DNA of 64,000 bases from Mobula hypostoma. Lineage: Eukaryota. The notes under the pieces were generated by a model. That model did no database searches, was not told where the DNA came from, and was given only the letters and a program-made list of their open reading frames with translations. Positions 47,490 through 59,530 of this stretch are shown here, piece after piece. The translations under genes and the position numbers were made by a program. The stretch spans positions 8,310,001 to 8,374,000 of the forward strand of contig NC_086101.1 in the NCBI RefSeq assembly GCF_963921235.1. Reading direction: 5' to 3'. How positions within the stretch are numbered: position 1 is the first letter of the stretch; every line of letters begins with the position of its first letter.

Positions 47490-48150
47490 GCATCTCCCCC
47501 TGCACACTGAGCACCAGTAAGAGTGAGGGACCGATTGCGGACTTCAGGAAGAGGAAGTCAAGGGAACACACGCCATTCTCATCAAGGGGTCAGCAGTGGA
47601 AATTGTAGGCAGTTTCAAGTTCCTGGGTGTCAACAGCTCTGAGGTTCTATTCTGGGCCCAGCACTTCAATGCAATTACAAGGGAGGCACACTTCCAGCTG
47701 AATTTCATCAGGAGTTTGAGGAGATTTGGTATGTCACCACGGACGTTAGCAAATTTCTCGTGGAGAGCATTCTGACTGGTTGCATCACCATCTGGCATGG
47801 AGGTGCCAATATACTGCATCACAAGCGGCCGCCGACGGCTGCAAACTCAGTCAGATCCATCATGGGCACCAGCCTCCCCAGCATTGAAGATATCTTCAAA
47901 AGGTAATGCCTCAGAAAGGTGACATTGATCTTTATAGACCCCCGCCTCCCAGGACATACCATCAGGAGGAGGGAACAGGAGCCTAAAGACCCAGATCCAA
48001 CATTTTAGGAACGCCTTCCTCCCCTCCATCATCAGATCTCTGAACTATCCATGAACCCATGAATGCTACCTCACTATTTTTGCTCTACCTATTTCTTTTT
48101 ATTTTTCATTGTAATTTATAATATTTTTATGTATTGCATTGTACTGCTAC
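47490..48150 (+). mobile_element. Rex1/Babar-type LINE 3' fragment
   Basis: Degenerate DFRKRK...SFKFLGV and ESILTGCITIW motifs; AT-rich 3' UTR. Confidence 0.75.
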
Positions 48151-48200
48151 ACTCTCTATAGACAGTCCCAAGCCCGGTTGTGAAAGGTGGAGGATCGGGC
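48151..48200 (+). ncRNA. Twister-like ribozyme motif (3' cleavage-product part)
   Basis: A-CTCT-CT-ATA-GACAG-TCCC-AAGC-CCGGT-TGTGAAA-GGTG-GAGGA-TCGGGC; retains the hallmark GTCCCAAGCCCGG. Confidence 0.65.
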
Positions 48201-48394
48201 ATGAGGCCAGGAACCCCATCTCGTAAAAACCCAGAGCTACAGAAACGCCAGCAGTCCTCATCCCTTGGGGAGGAAAGATCTTAGAAGATGGACTACACCT
48301 GGGGTCAGTTTGAAAGACTGGCCCGAGACAGAGGACTCTGGCGAGCTGCTGTCAGCGGCCTACGCCCCTGTACAGGTGATGGGTCAAAGAAGAA
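48151..48394 (+). mobile_element. Bipartite non-autonomous RTE element (5' head + ORF C-terminus/3' tail)
   Basis: 3' half encodes YTWGQFERLARDRGLWRAAVSGL, typical of an RTE ORF C-terminus; ends in AAGAAGAA. Confidence 0.78.
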
Positions 48395-48440
48395 CTGTCT
48401 TGCTGCCAGTAATTTCACATCGTTCGTCACTGATAATAAA

Positions 48441-48905
48441 CCCACCTTATATTCCGTCTGGGTAGCCTCCAACCTGATGGCATGAACATTGACTTCTCTA
48501 ACTTCCGCTAGGTCCCACCTCCCCCTCGTACCCCATCTGTTACTCATTTTTATGCACACATTCTTTCTCTCACTCTCCTTTTTCTCCCTCTGTCCCTCTG
48601 AATATACCTCTTGCCCATCCTCTGGGTCAAACCCCGCCCCCTGTCTTTCTTCCCGGACCTCCAATCCCATGATCCTCTCGTATCCCCTTTTGCCTATCAC
48701 CTGTCCAGCTCTCGGCTCTATCCCTCCCCCTCCTGTCTTCTCCTATCATTTTGCATCTCCCCCTCCCCCTCCAGCTTTCAAATCCCTTACTCACTCTTCC
48801 TTCAGTTAGTCCTGACGAAGGGTCTCGGCCTGAAACGTCGACTGCGCCTCTTCCTATAGATGCTGCTTGGCCTGCTGCGTTCACCAGCAACTTTGATGTG
48901 TGTTG
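48441..48905 (+). mobile_element. Penelope-like element 3' end
   Basis: HLIFRLGSLQPDGMNIDFSNF, then the terminal repeat; near-identical to the reverse complement of 54856-55315. Confidence 0.9.
48808..48843 (+). ncRNA. Minimal hammerhead ribozyme motif (intact)
   Basis: AGTC/GACT helix I, CTGACGA core, AGG/CCT helix II, GAAA, CGTC with GUC cleavage triplet and palindromic ACGT. Confidence 0.8.
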
Positions 48906-49420
48906 TCTGATTCACTACAGTTACTCATCCAGCCTACCCTGACAATACTTCCACAACCAAAGACATCATCCAGGGACAAGAGCAGCAGGTGCAGGGAAAC
49001 ACTGTCGCCTGCAGGTTCCCCTCCATTGCCCATCATCTCGACATATCCCAGCTCCTGCACCATCAGTCAAAGTCAAGTTTATTGGCGTGTGCACAATGGA
49101 AAACTTACGTGCAGCAACATCACGGGTACATAGCAGCAGATAAGCAGCATTCTCAAGAAAAATGTGACTTAAACACAATTTTACATAACTCTCATAGGAA
49201 AGAACACAATTTGAAAAGGAAACATCTATTTGAGAGCAGAGTAATCAAAGTAGGGTAGTGTCTGTTGGTTCAAGAACAAAATGACAGCTGTTCTTGAACC
49301 TGGTGTGGGGACTTCAGGCTTCTGTATTTCCGGCCCAGTTCTAGCTGTGTGAAGATAGCAAGGCCCAGACGGTGAGGATCTTCGATGGCCTGTGTTGCCT
49401 TCTTGAGACAGCACCTCCTG

Positions 49421-50083
49421 TAGATTAAATTAGATTATGAGAACACTCAGTCCTCTTTTATTGTCATTTAGAAATGCATACATGCCTTAAGAAATGATAC
49501 AATGTTTCTCCGGAGTGATATCACAGAAAACAGGACAAACCAAAGACTAACACTGACAGAACCACATAATTATAACATATAGTTACAGCAGTGCAAAGCA
49601 ATACCATAATTTGATGAAGAACAGACCATGGGCACAGTAAAAAAAAGTCTTAAAGTCCCCGAGTCGATCGACTCCCGAGTCCCCAATAGCAGCGGCACAA
49701 GGGAGAAACTCCCTGCTATAACCCTCCAGGCACCGTCAACTTGCCGATGCCTTGGAAGCAGCCGACCACAGCCGACACTGAGTCCATCCGTCTGAAAAAT
49801 TCGAGCCTCCGACCAGCCCCTCTGATACAGCCTCCCGAGCGCCATCCTCTGCCGAGCGCCTTTGACCTCACCCCAGCCGCTGAAACAAGCAAAGCCGAGG
49901 ATTTCAGGGCCTTCTGCTCCGGAGATTCCGGTTACCACACAGTAGCAGCGGCAGCAAAGCGGGCATTTCAGAAGTTTTCCAGATGTTCCTCCGTACTCTC
50001 ACGTCCGTCTCCATCAAATCAGAATTCTGCACGGCCCCCTACTTGACAGATAACAGATATTGATCACCGGAGAGGCCGCGCAC
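49421..50083 (-). mobile_element. Non-coding retroposon with (AATCT)n tail
   Basis: Inverted homologue of 24200-24720; CpG-rich, so probably young. Confidence 0.7.
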
Positions 50084-50699
50084 GGATACTTCCGATGCTG
50101 GAGAGGGATACAGCCGAGATGTACTGAGCTGGGCTGACTACTCTCTGCAGCTCCTTGCATTCCTGCGCATTTGAATTATCCATATGAGATGGTGATGCAA
50201 CCAGTCAAACATGCTCAGCAGTAGATCTGTAGGCCCGAGATTCAGTCGGTGCTGGAAAACCAGGGCAACCGTTCACAAAATGCTGGAGGAGCTCGGCAAG
50301 TCAGGCACCGTCTATGGATTGGAATAGACAGTCAACATTTCCGACTGAGACGCTTCATCAGTGCACCTGCGGAAGTTTGTTAGTGTGCTTGGTGATAAGC
50401 GGAATCACCTCAACCCTCTGAGAAAATAAAAATAAATAAACTCAGACTCCTGCCCATTAGAAGCATGACCGTGAACTTTCCTGGACTGCAATATGTGGGA
50501 ACTGGCAGAGTTTGTGGCCATTCAGCCCATTTTGTCTCTACTAGCTCATTGGACATGACAAAACTGTTAGTCACGCTTTCCAGATCTTTTCCCTCTGTCC
50601 TTCCCAATATGCAGCACTCAAGACTATTCCCTCACCTCCCCCACCCCCACCATCTCCTTCACCACCCTCTCTGGGAGTGTGCCCTGGATGACAAGGCTA

Positions 50700-50950
50700 G
50701 TCCTTCCCCTTCCTCTGTCTCGGGTTTGTTTACCTGAAGAGTGTGGAAAAGAAGGAGGCCAAGGATTGCTGAGATTCACTGGAATTGTAAGGAATGCAGG
50801 ACTATGGTGATTACAAAGACATTGCCATTCTTCATCTGGTCTCCCTAGCAACCGAGATGGCTGGCAAGGACTAATCTTGGCAAGCAGAGGATGTTCAACG
50901 TGGATTCACAAAAGGATGAGCAGTCAGCAGTGCAGAGAGCTGCTTTGAGT
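50700..50950. promoter_or_regulatory. Unique block with X-box-like motif and minus-strand donor-like site
   Basis: GTCTCCCTAGCAAC at 50839-50852; CAG|GTAAAC (intron from 50733); adjacent CT-rich tract 50950-51400. Confidence 0.35.
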
Positions 50951-51109
50951 CTCCACCTCCCTCATTCTTCAACTTCAATTATCTCCCTCTGACTCCTGCT
51001 CTCTCTCTCTTTCTCAGAACTCCTGTCCTTTCTTTCCCCTCCACTGCCATCTCTTATTTTGTCTCTCCTTTCATTCCCTAACTACTTCAAACCTTCCCAC
51101 CATCCATTC

Positions 51110-51144
<35 letters not shown>

Positions 51145-51692
51145 CTACTTCTCTCCCTTTTTCCCTCAGTCTCTGCCTCCAACATTATCTGTCTGAGCCC
51201 CTCAGATGCTCTGTCTCGGATACAAATATCACACACTCCCTCAATGCCCCTCATTCTCCCTCCTACACTTCTTTATCTCTGCGGCTCTCCCTGTGTAACC
51301 CACTTTCTCTGCCTAATTCTCAAACTTTCTGTCCATCCCTCTCTATCTGCCACACTCATTTTCTCCTTCTCTCCATTTCTATCTCTCTGTTTAACTGTCT
51401 ATAGAACATAAAATTTAGAACAGTACAGTACAGGAACAGGCCCTTCAGCCCACAATGGTGTACCAAACCACTTAAATTATTGATCAAATGTCCAACTAAA
51501 CTAACCCCTTCTGCCTACACAGTGACCATATCCTTCCATTTCCCACATGTTCAAGTGCTTGTCTAAACATCCCTTCTAAGTCCCTAACATATCTGCCTCT
51601 ACCACCACCCCAGGCAGGGCATTCCAGGCACCCACCAAAATAAAACACTTGCCACTCACATCTTCTTTGAAATTACCCCCTCTCACCATAAA

Positions 51693-52631
51693 CGACCTGG
51701 ATGTGGGGGTAGAAGGATGGGTTGACAAGTTTGCAGATGACACAAAGGTTGGTGGTGTTCTGGGTGGTGTAGAGGATTGTCAAAGATTGCAGAGAGACAT
51801 TGATAGGATGCAGACGTGGGCTGAGAAGGGGCAGATGGAGTTCAACCCGGAGAAGTGTGAGGTGGTACACTTTGGAAGGACAAACTCCAAGGCAGAGTAC
51901 AAAGTAAATGGCAGGATACTTGGTAGTGTGGAGGAGCAGAGGGATCTGGGGGTACATGTCCACAAATCCCTGAAAGTTGCCTCACAGGTGGATAGGGTAG
52001 TTAAGAAAGCTTATAGGGTGTTAGCTTTCATAAGTCAAGGGATAGACTTTAAGAGTCGCGATGTAATGATGCTGCTCTATAAAACTCTGGTTAGGCCACA
52101 CTTGGAGTACTGTGTCCAGTTCTGGTCGGCTCACTATGGGAAGGATGTGGAAGCATTGGAAAAGATACAGAGGAGATTTACCAGAATGTTGCCTGGTTTA
52201 GAGAGTATGCATTATGATCGGAGATTAAGGGAGCTGGGATTTTACTCTTTGGAGAGAAGGAAGATGAGAGGAGACATGATAGAGGTGTACAAGGTAATAA
52301 CAGGAATACATAGAGTGGATAGCCAGCGCCTCTTCTCCAGGGCACCACTGCTCAATACAAGAGGACATGGCTTTAAGGTAAGGGGTGGGAAGTTCAAGGG
52401 GGAGATTAGAGGAAGGTTTTTTACTCAGAGAGTGGTTGGTGTGTGGAATGCACTGCCTGAGTCAGTGGTGGTGGTAGATACAATAGTGAAATTTAAGAGA
52501 CTACTAGACAGATATATGGAGGAATTTAATGTGGGGGCTTATATGGGAGGCAGGGTTTGAGGGTCGGCACAACATTGTGGGCCGAAGGACCTGTACTGTG
52601 CTGTGCTGTACTATTCTATGTTCTATGTTCT
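51693..52631 (+). mobile_element. Young CR1 3' portion (same subfamily as 34660-36015) nested in an older minus-strand CR1
   Basis: Open ORF 51649-52560; (TTCTATG)n tail; TSD ATAAA at 51688-51692 and 52632-52636. Confidence 0.93.
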
Positions 52632-53254
52632 ATAAATGCATGCCCTCTGATATAATCTATTTCAACACCGGGAAAAAGATACTGTCTAATCTGTCTGTGC
52701 CTCTCATAATCTTATAAACCTCTATCAGATCTCCCCTCAGCCTCTGTTGCTCCAGAGAAAACAACTCAAGTTTGTCCAAACTCTCATTACAGCACACACC
52801 CTCTAATCCTGGAAGCATCCTGGTAAACCCCTTCTCCAAATACTCTACACCATTCCTTTAGTGAGGCAACCAAAACTGTACGGAATTCTCCAGATGCGGC
52901 CGAACAAGGGTTTTGTAAACTTTACTTTATTGTCGCCAAACAATTGATACTACAGTGTGCAATATCACAGCGATATTTAATTCTGTGCTTTGCACTCCCT
53001 GGATTACAAAGCGATAGTAAATATTAAAAACTTAAATTATAAATCATAAATAGAAAATAGAAAAGGTAAAGTAAGGTAGTGCAAAAAAAAACTGAGAGGC
53101 AGGTCCGAATATTTGGAGGGTACAGCCCAGATCCGGGTCAATATCCGTTCAGCAGTCTTATCACAGTTGGAAAGAAGCTGTTCCCAAATCTGGCCGTACG
53201 AGTGTTCAAGCTCCTGAGCCTTCTCCTGGAGGGAAGGGGGATGAAAATTGAAAA

Positions 53255-54610
53255 TCTGAAAACAAGAGAAAATCTGCAGGTGCTGGAACTCAACATGCCA
53301 GGCACCATCTGTGGGAAAGAGTTTAATAGTCGACGTTTTGAGCCAAGACCCTTCGTCAGGACTGGAGTAAAAAGATGAGAAGTCAAAGTAAGAAGGTGGT
53401 GGGAGGGGAGGAAGAAATACAAGGTCGTAGGTGATAGGTGAAACCAGGAAGTGGGGGGATGGTGGAGAGAGGTGAAATAAAGAGCTGGGAAGTTGATAGG
53501 TAAAAGAGATAAAGCCCTGGAGAAGGGGGAATCTGATAGGAGAGGACAGAAAGCCATGGAAGAAAGGGAAGGGGGAGGTGATGGGCAGGTAAGGAGATCA
53601 GGTGAGAGAGAGGGAAATATGATTGGGGAATGGTGAAAGTGGGGGAGACATTACCAGAAGTTTGAGACATCAATGTTCATGCCATCAGGTTCAAGGTTGC
53701 CCAGACGAAATATAAGGTGTTGCTCCTCCATCACTTCTGTCGAGGAGGCTCTGGACTGACATGTTGGAATAGGAATGGGAAGTGGAATTAAAATAGGTGG
53801 TCACGGGGAGAAACTCCCATTGTTTCTGCTTATTCCTGCCCCACTGAAATTCTGTCTGCATACCTCGACTCAGTTTTATCCCCTGGTTCAGTCTCTTCCA
53901 ACCTACATCATAACACTTCACACACTCTTGATCTTTTCAATAATTTCCACCTCCCTGGCCCTGATCATCTTATTTTCACTGTGGATGTCCGGTCCCTAAA
54001 CACCTCCATCCCCAACCGGAAGGCCTCAAAGCTCTCTGTTTTATTTTGGACACGAGATCCAACCAGTTCCCCTCCACCACCACTCTCCTCCATCTGGCAA
54101 ACCTGGTCCTCACTCTCAATAATTTCTCTTCTCGCACCTCCCACTTCCTTCAAACAAAAGGTGTAGCCATGGGATCTCCAATGGATCCCAGCTATTCCTG
54201 CCTTTTTGATGACTATATGGATCAGTCTATGTTCCAAGCCTACACCGGTATCATTTCCCAGCTTTTCCTACGCTACATTGACAATTATATTGACACTGCT
54301 TCCTGAACACACGCGGAGCTCGTTGACTTTTATCAACTTTGCCTCCATCTTCCACCCTGCCCTCAAATTTACCTGGTCCATTTCCAACACAACCCTCCCC
54401 TTTCTCAATCTCTCTGTCTCTATCTCTAGACACAGCTTATCTACTGATACCTTTTATAAACCTACAGACTTTCACAGCTACCTGGACAATACCTCTTCCC
54501 ACCCTGTTACTTGTAAAAATGCCACCCCCTTCTCTCAACTCCTCCATTTCCACTGCATCTGCTCTCAGGATGAGACTTTTCATTCCAGAACTAAGGAGAT
54601 GTTCTCCTTC
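53255..54610. mobile_element. Old Penelope-like element: minus-strand 3' end joined to plus-strand RT fragment
   Basis: Plus strand reads LTLNNFS...FLQTKGVAMGSPMDPSYSCLF...FLRYIDNYI (PLE RT). Minus-strand terminal repeat with decayed hammerhead at about 53328-53363. Confidence 0.85.
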
Positions 54611-54915
54611 TTCAGTGGAGTACTGAAAATTGCTCCACTGGTATGAGTAAGTTAGAAGGAGCTGTGACAGGGATATCAGCAGAGCAGTAATGACATGAGT
54701 TTCTGGGAAAAATGAGGAAGGAGCAGGACAGATGTATTCCAAAAACAAAGAAATACTCAAATGGGAAAATAGTGCAACCATTGGGAAGTCAAAGCTAATG
54801 TAAAAGCAAAAGGGAAGGCATACAACAAAGCAAAAAGTAGCAGGAAGATAGAGGAACATACATTAAAGTTGCTGGTGAACGCAGCAGGCCAAGCAGCATC
54901 TATAGGAAGAGGCGC

Positions 54916-54951
54916 AGTCGACGTTTCAGGCCGAGACCCTTCGTCAGGACT
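54916..54951 (-). ncRNA. Minimal hammerhead ribozyme motif (intact)
   Basis: Exact reverse complement of 48808-48843. Confidence 0.8.
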
Positions 54952-55245
54952 AACTGAAGGAAGAGTGGTAAGGGATTTGAAAGCTGGAGGGGGAGGGGGA
55001 GATGCAAAATGATAGGAGAAGACAGGAGGGGGAGGGATAGAGCTGAGAGCTGGACAGGTGAAAGGCAAAAGGGGATACGAGAGGATCATGGGACAGGAGG
55101 TCCGGGAAGAAAGACAAGGGGGGGGGTGACCCAGAGGATGAGCAAGAGGTATATTCAGAGGGACAGAGGGAGAAAAAGGAGAGTGAGAGAAAGAATGTGT
55201 GCATAAAAATGAGTAACAGATGGGGTACGAGGGGGAGGTGGGGCC

Positions 55246-55572
55246 TTAGCCGAAGTTAGAGAAGTCAATGTTCATGCTATCAGGTTGGAGGCTACCTAGA
55301 CGGAATATAAGGTGTTGTTCCTCCAACCTGAGTGTGGCTTCATCTTTACAGTAGAGGAGGCCGTGGATAGACATGTCAGAATGGGAATGGGATGTGGAAT
55401 TAAAATGTGTGGCCACTGGGAGATCCTGCTTTCTCTGGCGGACAGAGCGTAGATGTTCAGCAAAGCGGTCTCCCAGTCTGCGTCGGGTCTCACCAATATA
55501 TAAAAGGCCACATCGGGAGCACCGGACGCAGTATATCACCCCAGTCGTCTCACAGGTGAAGGGATGCCTCAC
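55246..55572 (-). pseudogene. GIY-YIG endonuclease domain of a Penelope-like element (5'-truncated)
   Basis: FTCETTGVIYCVRCSRCGLLYIGETRRRLGDRFAEH...VATHF...EEQHLI. Confidence 0.9.
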
Positions 55573-55815
55573 CTGGAAGGACTGTTTGGGGCCCTGAATG
55601 GTGGTAAGGGAGGAAGTGTAAGGGCATGTGTAGCACTTGTTCCGCTTACACGGATAAGTGCCAGGAGGGAGATCAGTGGGGAGGGATGGGGGGGACGAAT
55701 GGACAAGGGAATTGTGTAGGGAGCGATCCCTGCGGAATGCAGAGAGAGTGGGGGAGGGAAAGATGTGCTTAGTGGTGGGATCCCGTTGGAGGTGGCGGAA
55801 GTTACGGAGATAGAG

Positions 55816-57320
55816 ATTGGGAAGCTTTTAAAACCCTACAGAGAGCAAATAAAAGAATCATTAGAAGGGAAAAGATTAAATATGAAAGCAAGCTAGTAAA
55901 CAATATCAAAATGGATAGTAAAAGCTTTTTCAAGTATGTAAAGAATACAAACGGTTTGTAAATGGGAGATGAGAGTGGTTATAGGGTCATTAGAAAATGA
56001 GTCTGGAGAAATAACAATGGGGGATAAGGAGATGGCAGATGAATTAAATGAGTATTTTGCATCGGTCTTCACTGTGGAAGACACTAGCAGTGTGCCAGAT
56101 GTTGAAGGGTATGAGGGAAGAGAAGTGGGTGCAGTTACTATTACAAGGGAGAAGGTGAAAGACCTGAGAGTACCAGATGAACTGCACCCTAGGGTTCTGA
56201 AAGAGGTAGCAGTAGAGATTGTGGAGGCATTAGTAATGATCTTTCAAAAATCATTGGACTCTGATGTGGCGCCAGAGGAGTGGAAAATTGTAAACGTCAC
56301 TCCAATCTTTAAGAAAGGAAGGAGGCAGCAGAAAGGAAATTATAGACCAGTTTGCCTAACCTCAGTGGTTTTGAAGATGAGGTTATGGAGTACTTGGTGA
56401 CACAGGACAAGATAGGACAAAGTCATCATTGTTTCCTCAAGGGAAAATCTTGCCTGACGAACCAGTTGGAATTCTTCAACGGGTTACAAGTAAGATAGCT
56501 AAAGGGGATACAGAGGATGTTGTATATTTAGACTTTTTGAAAGCCTTTGACAAGGTGCCACATGTGAGGCTTGCTTACCAAGTTAAGAGCCCATGTTATT
56601 ACAGGAAAGTTACTAACATGGTTAGAGCATCGGCTGGTGGGCAGGAGGCAGCGAGTAGGAATAAAAAGATCCTTTTGTAGCTGGCTGACAGTAACAGGTG
56701 GTATTCCACAAGGGTCGATGTTCTGACCACTTCTTTGTAAGCTGTATATCAATGATTTAGATGTTGGAATAGGTGGCTTTGTTGCCAAGTTTGCAGGTGA
56801 AAGATTGGTGGAGGCCAGGTACTGTTGTGGAAACAGGTTGCAGAAAGACTGAGACAGATTAGGAGAATGGGCAAGAAAGTGGCAAATGAAATACCGTGTT
56901 GGAAATTGCATGTCATGCACTTTGGTGGTGGATATAAATGAGAGGCAATAACTGTGCAGACTATTTTCTAAATGGGGAGAAAATCCAAGAATCTGAGTTG
57001 CAAATGGATTCCTTGTGCAAAATACCCTAAATGTTAACTTGTAGGTTGAGTCAGTGGTGAGGAAGGCAGATGCCATGTTAGTATTCATTTCAAGAGGTCT
57101 TGAATTTAAGAGTAAGGATGTGGTGCTGAGGCTTTATAAGGCACTGATAAGACCTCACCTTGAGTATTATGAAGAATTTATGGCTCCTCATGAAAGAAAG
57201 ATGTGCAGGTATTGGAGAGGGTTTAGAGGAGGTTCACAATGATGATTCTGGGAATGAAAGGGTTATCATACGTGGTCCGTTTGATGGCTCTGGGTCTGTT
57301 CTTACTGGGATTTAGAAGGT
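55816..57320 (+). mobile_element. Old CR1 LINE (begins at about 54640, split by the PLE)
   Basis: MADELNEYFASVFT, VTPIFKKG, YLDFLKAFDKV and LYKALIRPHLEY motifs. Confidence 0.88.
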
Positions 57321-57671
57321 AGCTGTGAAAGTCAGTAGGGTTATAAAAGATATCAGTAGATAAGCTGTGTCTAGCTTATCTAGCTGTGTCTAGCTTGAAT
57401 GTCTAGCTTCTAATGAGATCCTCCATCATTCTTCTAAATTCCACCCACTCTCTCCTTAAAATGGTCTCCCTTTCAAGAAAGTTCCTTTCTAGGAAGAATT
57501 ATCATTTATTTTTAATATCCTGCCTCCTGGAGATGGCTGGATGCAGATTAAGCTGGAAATATCTGAAATGCTTGTTGCTACAATTTAAAGCAGATATTTG
57601 AATAAAAACAACAACTTGCTTTCTAGCAGATTAGAAAGAGAACAGTTTTCACTTGACACAGAGCAAGTTTG

Positions 57672-57810
57672 CAGTCCTGGTGAAGGGTCTCAGCCTGAAA
57701 CATCGACTGTTCACTCTTTTCCATAGTTGCTGCCTGGCCTGCTGAGTTCCTCCAGCATTTTGTGCGTGTTGTTCGGATTTCCAGCATCTGCAGATTTTCT
57801 CTTGTTTGTA
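57672..57810 (+). mobile_element. Penelope-like terminal fragment starting at a mutated hammerhead
   Basis: CAGTCCTGGTGAAGGGTCTCAGCCTGAAACATCGACTG. Confidence 0.75.
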
Positions 57811-58208
57811 AGTTTTCAGTTATTGTCCGCCGGCTGCGGTAACTGGTAGTAGGGTGAGCGGCAGATATGTTGCCCTTGTGATGCTCAAGAGAATACACTT
57901 AATTCAGACAACCAGGGCACAAGGCTGGTCTTTGTAAGACCCACACTCTTAAAGCTACGCCCACTGCCAGGGTTATCCACTACCAGACTCCATAAGAACA
58001 AAAGTTTGCATTCATATGGCACCTTTCAAAAAGACCCTGTCACGCAGTACGCACAAACCAAATTATCGTCTGAGCATCAATGCTGTAATATTGTCTCTCT
58101 CTACCGATCTGCTGCCGGGTCTGCTGAACATTTCCAGCCATCTCTTTTATTTTGGACATTGGAACAGTCTCCATATATTGATTCTTTCAAGAATTGATAG
58201 ATTCTGGT

Positions 58209-59530
58209 ATAGAAACATAGAAACATAGAAAATAGGTGCAGGAGTAGGCCATTCGGCCCTTCGAGCCTGCACCGCCATTTATTATGATCATGGCTGATCA
58301 TCCAACTCAGAACCCCGCCCCAGCCTTCCCTCCATACCCCCTGACCCCTGTAGCCACAAGGGCCATATCTAACTCCCTCTTAAACATAGCCAATGAACTG
58401 GCCTCAACAGTTTCCTGTGGCAGAGAATTCCACAGATTCACCACTCTCTGTGTGAAGAAGTTTTTCCTAATCTCGGTCCTAAAAGGCTTCCCCTCTATCC
58501 TCAAACTGTGACCCCTCGTTCTGGACTTCCCCAACATCGGGAACAATCTTCCTGCATCCAGCCTGTCCAATCCCTTTAGGATCTTATACGTTTCAATCAG
58601 ATCCCCCCTCAATCTTCTAAATTCCAACGAGTACAAGCCCAGTTCATCCAGTCTTTCTTCATATGAAAGTCCTGCCATCCCAGGAATCAATCTGGTGAAC
58701 CTTCTTTGTACTCCCTCTATGGCAAAGATGTCTTTCCTCAGATTAGGGGACCAAAACTGCACACAATACTCCAGGTCTCACCAAGGCCTTGTACAACTGC
58801 AGTAGTACCTCCCTGCTCCTGTACTCGAATCCTCTCGCTATAAATGCCAGCATACCATTCGCCTTTTTCACCGCCTGCTGTACCTGCATGCCCACTTTCA
58901 ATGACTGGTGTATAATGACACCCAGGTCTCGTTGCACCTCCCCTTTTCCTAATCGGCCACCATTCAGATAATAATCTGTTTTCCTATTTTTGCCACCAAA
59001 GTGGATAACTTCACATTTATCCACATTAAATTGCATCTGCCATGAGTTTGCCCACTCACCCAACCTATCCAAGTCACCCTGCATCCTCTTAGCATCCTCC
59101 TCACTGCTAACACTGCCACCCAGCTTCGTGTCATCCGCAAACTTGGAGATGCTGCATTTAATTCCCTCATCCAAGTCATTAATATATATTGTAAACAACT
59201 GGGGTCCCAGCACTGAGCCTTGCGGTACCCCACTAGTCACCGCCTGCCATTCTGAAAAGGTCCCGTTTATTCCCACTCTTTGCTTCCTGTCTGCTAACCA
59301 ATTCTCCACCCACACCAATACCTTACCCCCAATACCGTGTGCTTTAAGTTTGCACACTAATCTCCTGTGTGGGACCTTGTCAAAAGCCTTTTGAAAATCC
59401 AAATATACCACATCCACTGGTTCTCCCCTATCCACTCTACTAGTTACATCCTCAAAAAATTCTATGAGATTCGTCAGACATGATTTTCCTTTCACAAATC
59501 CATGCTGACTTCGTCTGATCATTTCACCGC
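58209..59530 (-). mobile_element. CR1 LINE 3' portion, same subfamily as 194-3041
   Basis: ORFs 58743-59546 and 58307-58762 are nearly identical in protein to 1497-2972; (TTTCTATG)n tail. Confidence 0.95.

Larger units (their letters stand above)
54854..55807 (-). mobile_element. Penelope-like element 3' portion (GIY-YIG endonuclease + terminal repeat)
   Basis: ORF 55246-55572 and terminal hammerhead; AGATAGAG duplicated at 54846-54853 and 55808-55815 inside an old CR1. Confidence 0.92.
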
